Source: an uncultured delta proteobacterium (GTDB taxonomy: Bacteria; Desulfobacterota; RBG-13-43-22). From it: a stretch of DNA of 64,000 bases. Within the stretch, counting starts at the first letter, position 1, and each line of letters opens with the position of its first letter. The stretch spans positions 32,001-96,000 of the forward strand of contig CAWJJC010000012.1 in assembly GCA_963843145.1 (NCBI GenBank), in the 5' to 3' direction. Shown in pieces: positions 47,110 to 56,878 of this stretch. The notes below the pieces were generated by a model. The model worked only from the letters and a program-made list of their open reading frames with translations. It did not search any database and was not told the origin of the DNA. The position numbers and the translations under genes were made by a program.

Positions 47110-49676
47110 TCAGGATATTTTTTCTTTTAATCCGGAGGCATTATTCCCAGGCCTGGAGGCAATCGGGATTGACGATCCTGGGACTGGGATTAGGCGTTTC
47201 CGTTTTTATCAGCATCCATCTGGCGGTGGGCGCCTGCCTATCCTCTTTCAAAAGTACCGCGCAGGCCGTTTCCGGATTGGCCCAATGGCAGATTATTCAA
47301 GAAGGCCACGGGTTGGATGAAAGGCTTTTCCCGGTCATCAAGGCCCATCCGGCTGTACAGGCGGCCGCCCCGGTAGTAGAGCTGCAGGTCCCCCTTCAAA
47401 ATCATCCCGGCCTGGTTCTCTGGATTATGGGAGTGGATTTTTTCAATGAAGCCCAGGTTCGCACCCACGCCCCTTCGCTGACCTCTTTGCGGGAACCGGA
47501 TTTTTTGTCCCTTATCCTTACCCCCCGGGCCATCGCTTTGAGCCGGGATCTGGCCCGGCGGTTGACTATCCGGCCGGGTTCATCTCTGGGTGTTTTGATC
47601 AACGGACACCCCCAAACCCTTACGGTGGCCGCCTTGATCGACCCGGAGGGTCCGGCCCGGGCCCTGGGAGGCCATTTTGGAGTAATGGATATCGCCCAGG
47701 CGCAAGAAATAATGGGGAAAATCGGGCGACTGGATCGTATCGATCTGGTTTTGAAGCCGGAATATCCGCTGGCCGCTACAATCGAAAGTCTGCAAAAAAT
47801 GCTGCCTCCCGGGGCCTCCCTTCTTCAGCCCTCGGAACGCCAGGCGGGTACGGAACGCATGGTGCGCTCCTATCAGCTTAACTTGCTGGCCTTGAGTTTC
47901 ATTGCCGTCCTGGTCAGCATGTATCTGATGTACAATGTGACCGCGCTTTCGGTGGTCCGCCGCAGGAAGGATCTGGGGATCCTCCGGTCCTTGGGGATGC
48001 TGCCGAAGCAGATTCTGCATTTAATTCTTTGGGAGTCGGCCGGATACGGGCTGCTGGGGGGACTTTTGGGCATCGGGGGCGGCTATCTGCTGGCCCGGGC
48101 GATCCTGGGGACCATCAGCCAAACCATCAGCGACCTCTATGTGCTGGTGGGGGTAACGGAAATACCTTTTAGGCTGCCGGAAATGGCTTTGTTCCTGGTG
48201 GGAGCCGTTGGGGTGGCGCTGGTTTCGGCCTACGTCCCGGCTCGGCAGGCCTCGCGGTTGCAGCCCCGGGAGATCATCTCCCAGGGGCCGGGGACCCTCT
48301 CCCCACCGCGATCCCGGAAGGGAAGTTTTTTTTGGGCCGGATCGTTCTTGTTGATCCTAACCGGTTTACTCCTTTTTATCCCGCCCTGGCAGGGGTTGCC
48401 CCTGGGGGGCCTGCTGGCCACCCTCACTTTGATCCTGGGATTTTCGTTATGGCTTTCCCCCGTAACCCATAAAATCCTGACCTTCATAACTCCGGCCCTA
48501 GCTAAATGGAGGAAACGCCGGAACTTTCGGCATTTGGGCTATCGCTATTTTGATTATGCCCTGGGAAAAATGGCGGTCTCGATGGCGGCTTTAATGACGG
48601 CCATCGCCATGCTGATCAGCGTTTCCATTATGATCAACAGCTTTCGCCAAACGGTAGACCAATGGATTGATCAATCCATCAGCGGGGACCTGCTGGTCGG
48701 TCCGGTTTTCCCCTCCAATCAGGGCGATTTTCAGTTTTTAGAGCCGGAGGTCATTGCGGGGATCGAAAGGCGGGCGGAGGTAAAAGATATTTACTACTAT
48801 CGAAGCGTTCTGACGGCTTCCCAGGGCCGGCCGGTTCGCCTCTGGGCCGGTAATTTAGCGGTCATTAAGCGGTACAGTCGGTTGGCGTTCACCGCTGGAA
48901 ATCCCGAAGAGATCTACCGCCAGGTCTTATCCCGGGAGGCAGTGATCCTCTCGGAGGTTTTAGCCAATCGGCTAAAGGTCGGGCCCGGGGACTCGATCAC
49001 CCTGTTAACCGCCTTTGGGCCTCACTCCTTTAGGATCGCCGGGGTTTTTTACGATTATCGGACCGAGGGAGGCGGGGTTTGGATCGATCGGGCGGTTTTT
49101 TTAAAATGGTGGCAGGATGAAAGGGTCAACGGGGTGCGTCTTTATTTAAAGGATCCCGGCCGGCTGTCCCAGGTCCGGGAATCGTTGTTAAAGCAGTTCT
49201 CCGACCGCTATGAACTGGTGGTTATTTCTCACCGGGAGCTGCGGGAACAAATACTGCGGATTTTTGACCAGACTTTTCAAGTTACCTATGCCCTGGAGGC
49301 GATCGCCATCCTGGTGGCCTTCCTGGGCATTATCCATACCAGTTCCATCCTGATTCTTTTCCGGGAAAAGGAGTTCGGAATTTATAAAGCGCTCGGGGCA
49401 TCGCCCGGGCAGGTCCGAATGATGGTCCTCACGGAAACCGGGCTGATGGGTTTTTTTTCGTTTCTCTGGGGTGGATTGTCCGGGACCTTATTGTCCCTCA
49501 TTTTGATCCTGGTGATTAACAAGCAGTCCTTTGGCTGGACGATTCAATTGCACTGGTCATTAGGGGTTTATGGGCAGACCCTGATCCTCATCCTGATCAG
49601 TTCTGTCTTAGCCGGACTGGTCCCGGCTTCCATCGCCCTGCGAACTAAAATGGAACAGCAGATTCGGGATGAATGA
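47106..49676 (+). CDS. FtsX/MacB-type ABC permease (AttF/G-like); probable CTG start
   Basis: Two FtsX domains (SVVRRRKDLGILRSLG; REKEFGIYKALG; VINKQSFGWTI); the frame stays open upstream to CTG 47106 behind GAGGT. Confidence 0.85.
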   Translation: MIRIFFLLIRRHYSQAWRQSGLTILGLGLGVSVFISIHLAVGACLSSFKSTAQAVSGLAQWQIIQEGHGLDERLFPVIKAHPAVQAAAPVVELQVPLQNHPGLVLWIMGVDFFNEAQVRTHAPSLTSLREPDFLSLILTPRAIALSRDLARRLTIRPGSSLGVLINGHPQTLTVAALIDPEGPARALGGHFGVMDIAQAQEIMGKIGRLDRIDLVLKPEYPLAATIESLQKMLPPGASLLQPSERQAGTERMVRSYQLNLLALSFIAVLVSMYLMYNVTALSVVRRRKDLGILRSLGMLPKQILHLILWESAGYGLLGGLLGIGGGYLLARAILGTISQTISDLYVLVGVTEIPFRLPEMALFLVGAVGVALVSAYVPARQASRLQPREIISQGPGTLSPPRSRKGSFFWAGSFLLILTGLLLFIPPWQGLPLGGLLATLTLILGFSLWLSPVTHKILTFITPALAKWRKRRNFRHLGYRYFDYALGKMAVSMAALMTAIAMLISVSIMINSFRQTVDQWIDQSISGDLLVGPVFPSNQGDFQFLEPEVIAGIERRAEVKDIYYYRSVLTASQGRPVRLWAGNLAVIKRYSRLAFTAGNPEEIYRQVLSREAVILSEVLANRLKVGPGDSITLLTAFGPHSFRIAGVFYDYRTEGGGVWIDRAVFLKWWQDERVNGVRLYLKDPGRLSQVRESLLKQFSDRYELVVISHRELREQILRIFDQTFQVTYALEAIAILVAFLGIIHTSSILILFREKEFGIYKALGASPGQVRMMVLTETGLMGFFSFLWGGLSGTLLSLILILVINKQSFGWTIQLHWSLGVYGQTLILILISSVLAGLVPASIALRTKMEQQIRDE

Positions 49677-49756
49677 GTACCTTTGGAAAACCCTTTCGCC
49701 GAGACCCGGCGGCCATACCAGATCTGGGGGGTACCCACCCAAAAGGGCGAAGCGTC
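49675..49756 (+). repeat. Intergenic repeat, copy 1
   Basis: GAGTACC..GGAAAACCCTTTCGCCGAGACCCGGCGGCCATACCAGAT...AAAGGGCGAAGCGTC recurs at 54360-54442. Confidence 0.85.
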
Positions 49757-49786
49757 GAAAGAATAAAGGATCGAGGGAATAACTAA

Positions 49787-50905
49787 ATGAAACGGTGGGG
49801 AATCATTGGCTCCATTCTTTTTGTGGGCCTCGTTTGGCCCTGGCTAAGCCCGGGGCAGGACCGAGCAACCGAGGGGTTCAAGCCGGCCTTGCCGGGGAGG
49901 GCCTTTGTCTTTCCCGAGGATCACCGGGTCCACCGGGATTATAAAACCGAATGGTGGTACTATAACGGCCAGTTGCAGGACGCCGAAGGTCGTCGTTACG
50001 GGTATCAACTGACTTTTTTTCGTGTGGGGATAAGACCCGGTCCGGTTTCCAGCCAGGGATCCCGCTGGCGAGTTCGAGAGGTCTACCTGGCCCATTTGGC
50101 CGTCACCGATGTCGATCATAAAAAATTTTCTTATGCCGAAAAAGTCAGTCGGGGGAATTTAGGGTTAGCCGGAGCGGAAACCGGACGCTATCGGGTCTGG
50201 ATAGAGGATTGGAGCGTGGGCGAAGAGGGGAAGGCCCAGGTTTTAAGAGCCGGTGACCGGAGTTTGGGCTTGTACCTTCAGACTTTTCCGGTGAATCCAC
50301 CCGTGATCCATGGGACGGACGGCATCAGCCGGAAAGGGGCTGGAACCGGGCAGGCTTCCCATTACTATTCCCTAACCCGAATGGCCACCCGGGGGCAGAT
50401 CACCCTCAACGGGAGGTCGGTTAAAGTTCAGGGGCTTAGCTGGATGGATCACGAGTTCGGGAGCAACCAGCTTCAGCCCGGCCAGATCGGCTGGGACTGG
50501 TTTTCCTTGAACCTGGGGGATCAGGCGGAATTGATGCTCTATCAAATTCGAGAAGGGAATGGACAAATCGGTCCGTATTCCAGCGGAACAATGGTCTCCA
50601 GGGGCAGGATTCTCCAATCGTTATCCCGGCAGGATTTTTCCATCGAGGTGCTTAGGACCTGGAAAAGTCCCCACAGTCAGGCTACCTATCCGGCAGGCTG
50701 GCAGATCGCTATCCCCCGACAACAGCTAATCCTGCGGTTGACGCCGGTATTGGACGACCAGGAGTTGATGACCATGAAAAGCACCCGGGTGACTTACTGG
50801 GAGGGCCTGGTGGACGCGGAGGGAACCTATCGGGGACAGCCCATCAAAGGCCAGGGCTATGTGGAGATGACCGGATACGATCGGCGTTTCGCGCCCCGCT
50901 TGTGA
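49787..50905 (+). CDS. AttH/CrtC-like lipocalin-domain secreted protein
   Basis: TEWWY, YQLTFFR, WMDHEFGS, GWDW, YWEG, GYVEMTGY. Confidence 0.88.
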   Translation: MKRWGIIGSILFVGLVWPWLSPGQDRATEGFKPALPGRAFVFPEDHRVHRDYKTEWWYYNGQLQDAEGRRYGYQLTFFRVGIRPGPVSSQGSRWRVREVYLAHLAVTDVDHKKFSYAEKVSRGNLGLAGAETGRYRVWIEDWSVGEEGKAQVLRAGDRSLGLYLQTFPVNPPVIHGTDGISRKGAGTGQASHYYSLTRMATRGQITLNGRSVKVQGLSWMDHEFGSNQLQPGQIGWDWFSLNLGDQAELMLYQIREGNGQIGPYSSGTMVSRGRILQSLSRQDFSIEVLRTWKSPHSQATYPAGWQIAIPRQQLILRLTPVLDDQELMTMKSTRVTYWEGLVDAEGTYRGQPIKGQGYVEMTGYDRRFAPRL

Positions 50906-51032
50906 CCAAAAAAAGCTTGACAATTAAGGTAGTTTAAATAAGATGAAACCGTTCAAAAAGACGGTTGAAAAGGTCAAAAAGCTCTTCGTGAGCTAAATAA
51001 TCAAATCATAATGCGAGTGGAGGTAAAAACCT

Positions 51033-51701
51033 ATGTTAATTAAAGGGTGGATGACCAGCGATGTCATGACCATTGATGAAGACACCTCGATGATGAAAGC
51101 CTCACAAATTATGAAGGAGAATAATATCCGCCGGCTGCCGGTCATGCATAAAGGCAAGTTAGTGGGTATGATTACCGACCGGGATATCAAGGAAGCCTCT
51201 CCCTCCAAAGCCACCACCTTGGATGTCCACGAACTGTATTATTTGCTCTCGGAGTTAAAGGTTAAAGACATTATGAGTAAAAACGTCTTCACCATCGGTC
51301 CGGAAGAAACGGTGGAGAAGGCGGCCGTGAAGATGCTGGAGCACCGGATATCCGGACTTCCGGTGGTCAACGATAAGGGGAAGGTCGTCGGGATGATTAC
51401 CCAAGGGGATATCTTTAAAGTCCTGGTTTCGCTGACCGGGATTTATCGCGGCGGAATTCAATTTGCCTTCAATTTAGAGGATCGTCCGGGATCGATTAAA
51501 GAGGTGGGCGACCTGATCCGGAAGCATGGCGGAAGGATGGTCAGCATTTTAACCTCTTACGACATGTGCGATGAGGGCTGCCGCCATGTCTATATCCGGA
51601 TCAAGGATATTCCTGAGGATAAACTAAAGGCCTTGACCGATGATTTGGATAAGAATTTTATCCTCCTCTATACAGTTCAGGATTCGCTGAAAGACGTCTA
51701 A
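51033..51701 (+). CDS. CBS-pair + ACT domain protein (AcuB-like)
   Basis: Two CBS domains, ASPSKATTLDVHEL, EDRPG ACT motif. Confidence 0.9.
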   Translation: MLIKGWMTSDVMTIDEDTSMMKASQIMKENNIRRLPVMHKGKLVGMITDRDIKEASPSKATTLDVHELYYLLSELKVKDIMSKNVFTIGPEETVEKAAVKMLEHRISGLPVVNDKGKVVGMITQGDIFKVLVSLTGIYRGGIQFAFNLEDRPGSIKEVGDLIRKHGGRMVSILTSYDMCDEGCRHVYIRIKDIPEDKLKALTDDLDKNFILLYTVQDSLKDV

Positions 51702-51728
51702 TTTTTTAAAAATTTATTTTGAGCCCTG

Positions 51729-51775
51729 AGCCCCGTATTCTTTCTCTGGAAGAAGAATACGGGGCTTTGTTTTTT
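51729..51775 (+). terminator. Intrinsic terminator
   Basis: AGCCCCGTATTCTT...AAGAATACGGGGCT followed by TTGTTTTT. Confidence 0.75.
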
Positions 51776-54071
51776 AGGGTATCCAGGAGACGGCTCCCCC
51801 TTCGACCGGCAGGGCATCCTCCGGAGCCTTAAAGGCTTCCAAAACAGTGTTTCCTCCCACTCCCCGCAGGGGTTGGAAAACGATCCCGGGCGGGACTGGA
51901 AATTCTTCGGCCAGGGCATTGGCCAGCGCTTTTTGAAAGAATTCCAGGATGATCGGACTGGCCGCCTGGGCTCCGGTCTCTCCGGCCCCCAGCGTGGCGA
52001 GGTTATCCAGACCCACCCAAACCCCGGCGGTCACCTGTGGGGTGAGGCCCATAAACCAGGCATCCCGAAAATCATTGGTTGTGCCGGTTTTCCCGGCCAC
52101 CGGTCGGCCCAAGGCCTTCAGGCGCCAACCCGTCCCCTCTTTAACTACCCCCTCCAGCAAATGCGTTATAATATAGGCGGTGTTGGGTGCCATGACCGGT
52201 TCGGGTTGAGGCTGGTGAAGGTAAATAACCCGGCCCAGATGATCCATGATTCTGGTGATATAAAAGGGGAGCACCCGATTTCCCCCATTATTAAAACAGT
52301 TGTAAGCCGTGACCATTTCCGCCAGGGAGACCCCCGAGGAACCCAGGGCCAGGGAAAGATTGGGATAAAGGGGCGAGGTGATCCCCAACTGCTGGGCATA
52401 GCGAATAGCATACTCCACCCCAATGCGCTGGAGGATGCGGATGGAAACGATATTTCGCGATTGAATCAAGCCGGTGCGCAACAACGTCGGTCCATTAAAC
52501 TTATGGTCGAAATTTTGTGGTGACCAGGGGTTGCTGCCTCCGAAGACCAGAGGGGTGTCCATCAGGACCGAAGCCGGTGTCAGGCCCTTGTCCAAACCCG
52601 CCGCATAGATGATCGGTTTAAAGGCCGAACCGGGCTGCCTCTTGGCCTGGGTGGCCCGATTAAACTCGGTCTGTCTGTGATCTTTTCCGCCCACCAGGGC
52701 CTTAATCGCTCCGGTGGTCTTGTCGATACAGATCAGGGCGGCCTCGACGGGATTTTGTTCGGCCAGGGACAGATAGGGCTTCCCTGGATCTACCCGGAAA
52801 TTCAAGACATCGCCTTCCCGGAATAAATCGACACTCCTCCCGCCGGCGGTTGATTCGTCATCCGCAGAAGAAATTTTGGGTTCCGCGGTCCGCTGGGGCA
52901 GCGGGAACACCCCCCACTCCCGGCCAAGGCACACTCGGGCTGTTTTCCCGATCGGATCGATTTGGACGATAATGCCGGTCCGCAGCGGGCCGTTTTTTTT
53001 CGAACCGTTTGCCGGTGGGCGAGCCAACTGCTGGCAGTAGGCCTCGATCTTGTCGGGGGGGATTTGCCGAAGCGGTTTGGCATAAAGGTGGCGCAAGTAA
53101 ACCGCCCGAGTCCCGTTCTCCACCGCTTCCCGGGCGGCTTTTTGAAATCCGGATTCGATGGTGGTATAAATGGTGAGTCCGGCTTGCAGGACAAAATCCG
53201 AGCCGTAGTTCTGATATAGAAATTTGCGGACCATGTCGCTGAGATGGGGGGCGACGGCGCCGATGCTATCCGACTCGCGGGCAAAGGTCAGGGGAAACTG
53301 CTCCGCCTTTTGCGCCTCCTGGGAGGGCAGAAAACCCTCCTCCACCATTCGTTTTAATACGTAGCGCTGTCGATCCTTGGCCCGCTGGAAATTCAATAAG
53401 GGCGAATAGCGACTGGGCGCCTGCGGGAGGCCGGCCAACATGGCGCTCTCGGCCAGGTTGAGCTCCTTGGATTTCTTACCGAAATAGGTCTGGGCGGCCG
53501 CTTCCACTCCGTAGGCTCCGTGTCCCAGGTAGATCTGGTTGAGATAGATATAAAGGATGTCCCGCTTGGATAGATTTTGATCCAGCCGGTAGGCCAGGAA
53601 GGCCTCCTTGATTTTTCGGGAAAAACTTTTCTCCGGGGAGAGGAGCAGGGACTTGGTCACCTGCTGGGTAATGGTACTGCCACCCTGAACAATTTCACCG
53701 GCCCAGATATTTTTCCAGAAAGCCCGCAGAATGCTTATAAAATCGAGTCCTCCGTGCTGAAAGAAACGGGAGTCTTCCGAGGCGATAAAAGCCTGAATAA
53801 GCTGCGGAGGGAGTTCGGTGAGCGCCACCAAGATCCTTTTTTCTTTATAGAGAAAGCCGATCGGAGCGCCATCGGCCGCCAGGATCTGGGTAGCCAAAGG
53901 AGGCTGATAGTCCTGCAGGGAGCGAATGTCGGGCAATTGATAGACCAGCAAGAGGTAGTACAGCCCGGCCAAGGTAAAAACGGCCCCGAAAAAGGCGGTA
54001 ATAAAGAACCAAACCTTGAGGACCTTAAATCTTGATGATCGGGGGGGGCGACGCGCTGGTTTGCTAGGCAT
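51774..54071 (-). CDS. mrcA: Penicillin-binding protein 1A
   Basis: EDSRF, GGSTITQQ, RKIKE; SAFK, SRN, KTG; likely start ATG 54071. Confidence 0.92.
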   Translation of the reverse strand: MPSKPARRPPRSSRFKVLKVWFFITAFFGAVFTLAGLYYLLLVYQLPDIRSLQDYQPPLATQILAADGAPIGFLYKEKRILVALTELPPQLIQAFIASEDSRFFQHGGLDFISILRAFWKNIWAGEIVQGGSTITQQVTKSLLLSPEKSFSRKIKEAFLAYRLDQNLSKRDILYIYLNQIYLGHGAYGVEAAAQTYFGKKSKELNLAESAMLAGLPQAPSRYSPLLNFQRAKDRQRYVLKRMVEEGFLPSQEAQKAEQFPLTFARESDSIGAVAPHLSDMVRKFLYQNYGSDFVLQAGLTIYTTIESGFQKAAREAVENGTRAVYLRHLYAKPLRQIPPDKIEAYCQQLARPPANGSKKNGPLRTGIIVQIDPIGKTARVCLGREWGVFPLPQRTAEPKISSADDESTAGGRSVDLFREGDVLNFRVDPGKPYLSLAEQNPVEAALICIDKTTGAIKALVGGKDHRQTEFNRATQAKRQPGSAFKPIIYAAGLDKGLTPASVLMDTPLVFGGSNPWSPQNFDHKFNGPTLLRTGLIQSRNIVSIRILQRIGVEYAIRYAQQLGITSPLYPNLSLALGSSGVSLAEMVTAYNCFNNGGNRVLPFYITRIMDHLGRVIYLHQPQPEPVMAPNTAYIITHLLEGVVKEGTGWRLKALGRPVAGKTGTTNDFRDAWFMGLTPQVTAGVWVGLDNLATLGAGETGAQAASPIILEFFQKALANALAEEFPVPPGIVFQPLRGVGGNTVLEAFKAPEDALPVEGGAVSWIP

Positions 54072-54187
54072 AGGATGCGTTTGGTGAGGGTCGGTTATCC
54101 TTCGGAAATCAAGACAATAACGGGTTGTTCGCCCTTTTGGATGGACGGGCACGAAAGATGGAGGTTTGGTCCGAAATCGGGCCTTCG

Positions 54188-54442
54188 TGGCCGCCGGGTC
54201 TCGGCGAAAGGGTTTTCCTCATTGCTTTATCGGTTCTAACCCGGCCCCCATGTTTTCAAATCTTCCCGGAGGCAGGGCCAGCCTAACAGGCCCTCAAAGT
54301 CTCTGAGTTTGGGCCTGCGTTGAATAAAATTGGTCAGTTTGGCCCGGAATCGAAGTCCGGAGTACCTCTGGAAAACCCTTTCGCCGAGACCCGGCGGCCA
54401 TACCAGATAGACGGGGGTACTCACCCCAAAGGGCGAAGCGTC
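54188..54442. repeat. MITE-like element: 31-bp inverted repeats plus repeat copy 2
   Basis: 54188-54218 TGGCCGCCGGGTCTCGGCGAAAGGGTTTTCC is the exact reverse complement of 54370-54400. Confidence 0.8.
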
Positions 54443-54611
54443 AAATAACGATATTGTCTGCCGGAGCCCAATTTTATCGAAAAGAAGATGGGTCCACTAA
54501 AGGCTATTATAGCTGGACGAGAGGGTGGGATCAACTGTAAAAGCCCGGACCCTGGAACCGACCGGAAAGGTCAATCTCCTGAAACAAGGTTGGCCGGCAT
54601 GATTGAGTCGG

Positions 54612-55355
54612 TCAAAAATCGAAGAGATCCGGCACCCGAGCGATCATCTGCTCCAATGGTGTTTGATTCCCGGATTGGAGCAGGTCCCGAACGAGGGTGA
54701 ATTTCAATTGGACTGCTTGGGAAAGACCAAAGATTAAGGCGGCGGTTAAAAAACTCATATCCCGGAAATAGCCTTCCTGAAAGTGCCGGTGCCGTGGATT
54801 CAGTTCTTGGGACCAGCCTTCAACCCGGTCGGCGGCTTGGAGCAGGTCTTCATCGGACATCTTCCGCGGCCCGATGGTTTCCACGGCAGTACAATAAGCC
54901 ACCTGATGGCCGGTCACCTCTTCGGGCAGGGCAACCCCCAGGTTCCTCCATTGTTGAACCACGTTTTTTTTTATCAAGCGGGCCTGATGCGCTATCTGCC
55001 GATAATGGCCCTGCGACCAGAGACCATAGGCCCGGCAGCCGAAAAATCGACTGGGATAAATCAGGCAATCCCGGTCTTCCAGGAAGGGGCAGCCGATAAT
55101 CTCGGCCGGGTTGATAAAAAAATAGCGGCTGATTTTTTGCGTAAGCTCCCTCCGCCGGGCGGGGGGGAATCTTCTGATCTGGTCCAGGACTTCCAGGGCT
55201 TCCAGAAGGGACATTTCCGGCAGGAGGGAACAGCACAGGGCGCGGCGTTGGCAGGACGTATCCGGCAATTGGGAATAGATATTCCTTAGATCCTGCCGCT
55301 GTCCTTGAGAATTGAAGATCAGTTCCCGCAGGTCCGGGATAGTCAGGGGAATCAC
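54612..55355 (-). CDS. YkgJ/CxxCxxCC-family cysteine-cluster protein
   Basis: CQRRALCC...CPFL...CLIYPSRFFGCRAY. Confidence 0.8.
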   Translation of the reverse strand: MIPLTIPDLRELIFNSQGQRQDLRNIYSQLPDTSCQRRALCCSLLPEMSLLEALEVLDQIRRFPPARRRELTQKISRYFFINPAEIIGCPFLEDRDCLIYPSRFFGCRAYGLWSQGHYRQIAHQARLIKKNVVQQWRNLGVALPEEVTGHQVAYCTAVETIGPRKMSDEDLLQAADRVEGWSQELNPRHRHFQEGYFRDMSFLTAALIFGLSQAVQLKFTLVRDLLQSGNQTPLEQMIARVPDLFDF

Positions 55356-55364
55356 GGGTGGTCT

Positions 55365-56009
55365 TTAATAACCCAGATTTTCCCCCACCAGTTTAACCTG
55401 GAGTCGGTCTTTCACGGCCTGGCCTTCGATAATGGACCACATGTTGCAGATACGGGTCGGGGTGTGGCAATCGCTGCACAAGCCGGTCTCTTTGCAGGGG
55501 TTATTGATATTAAGCCGGATGCAATTCATGGGGGCGGCCACCTGTTTGGTCCGGTCCATGGCCTCTTGCAGGGTCAGGGCCACTTTGTTCATCCCGACTA
55601 CTAAGATGACTTTCTTAGGGCCAAAGGTCATCGCCGCCACCCGGTTTCCCATGCCGTCCAAGTTCACCAGCCTTCCATCCAGGGTAATGGCATTGCTGCT
55701 GGCGATCATGAAATCGGCGGTCAGCCCCCGGCGGCGCATCTCGAGGCCTTCTTCCGGTGAATATTCCGGAAGGTAGGGGTCGATCACGGTAATTCTGGGA
55801 TTGGCCTTCAACCGTTCCCACAACCCCATTTCCACCAGGGATGTGGACCCGCAGCGGAAGACCGAGGAACCGTCCGGGATCAGGGCCGCCACTTCCTCCC
55901 GGGCCTGGGCGATGGTTGGGGCGTAGCTCCCGGCCATACGTCGTTTTTCCAGAGCCTTGATAATCTGTTGCGCCAACTTTTCCTTAAAAATTTCTTGCGG
56001 AGTCGCCAT
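55365..56009 (-). CDS. LUD-domain (lactate utilisation) protein
   Basis: SSNAITLDG.LVNLDGMGNRVAAM.FGP and VGMNK. Confidence 0.88.
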   Translation of the reverse strand: MATPQEIFKEKLAQQIIKALEKRRMAGSYAPTIAQAREEVAALIPDGSSVFRCGSTSLVEMGLWERLKANPRITVIDPYLPEYSPEEGLEMRRRGLTADFMIASSNAITLDGRLVNLDGMGNRVAAMTFGPKKVILVVGMNKVALTLQEAMDRTKQVAAPMNCIRLNINNPCKETGLCSDCHTPTRICNMWSIIEGQAVKDRLQVKLVGENLGY

Positions 56010-56044
56010 AATGTCCTCCTCTGTATATGATTTAATTTTTGGTT

Positions 56045-56183
56045 AAAACTCGAAATCCGAATTTCGAAATCCGAAACAAATTCAAATGATCAAATTTCCA
56101 AAATTTAAAATATTCCTGTTTTGATCATTTGGATTTTGGACCTTCGTGCTTGTTTCGGATTTCGTGCTTCGGATTTCGAATTT
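56045..56183. repeat. Palindromic element built of 7-mer repeats
   Basis: CGAAATC-CGAATTT-CGAAATC-CGAAACA... mirrored by ...TGTTTCG-GATTTCG-TGCTTCG-GATTTCG. Confidence 0.8.
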
Positions 56184-56259
56184 ACAGATCCTCTTGGTCA
56201 AAGATTAGAGAAAAATTCTCAGATTAATATGTGTAAGAATCTGTGGGTTGACGGGTACC

Positions 56260-56724
56260 TCAAACCAAGTTTCCCAGGCGTTCCTGAAGATCGCGGCGGT
56301 GTCCTTTTTCTTCTTCGATAATGAGCCGGAGATCATCACGGCCCTGGGCCATTTCAACAAATGGCTCCAGCATTTCGTAAAAAACAACCGTGTCCTGCTC
56401 GAACTCCGCGGCTATCCGCATAACGGCTTGGAGATCCGGAACCCGGGCGAGATCCAGGTCGTCCAGAGAAAAGGCCTTTTCCCCCAGGATGTTCTGAAAC
56501 AGCTCCCGGCCCATGGCTTCCAAGTTCTTGTCTACCGGTATGGTCCCCACCCGGCTTTTAAGATCGGTGAACCAGCGCTGATGCTCCAGTTCCTCATCCG
56601 CCAGACGGCCGAGCAGGTCCGCCAGGAAGGGATCGGAGGTCTCTTGCTGAGCCCGGCGATAGGTGCTTTCCCCGTTTTTTTCAATCTGTACGGCAATTTC
56701 AATAATTTCGGATAAAGTAAACAT
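56260..56724 (-). CDS. Ferritin/rubrerythrin-like protein
   Basis: AVQIEKNG..Y, LADEELEH, EQDTVVFY, EEEKGH. Confidence 0.88.
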   Translation of the reverse strand: MFTLSEIIEIAVQIEKNGESTYRRAQQETSDPFLADLLGRLADEELEHQRWFTDLKSRVGTIPVDKNLEAMGRELFQNILGEKAFSLDDLDLARVPDLQAVMRIAAEFEQDTVVFYEMLEPFVEMAQGRDDLRLIIEEEKGHRRDLQERLGNLV

Positions 56725-56878
56725 GGGATCCCATCCTGCGGTTAAACGATTCACGGTCCAACAATAAACCTTGACAGGTAAAAGGCTGTTCCACTAAATT
56801 TATTAAATATTTCGAATGGTGTCAATTCATAAACCGGGAGTGTTTCGGTTCCCGGGTTTAAGGGTTAAGGAGAAATTC

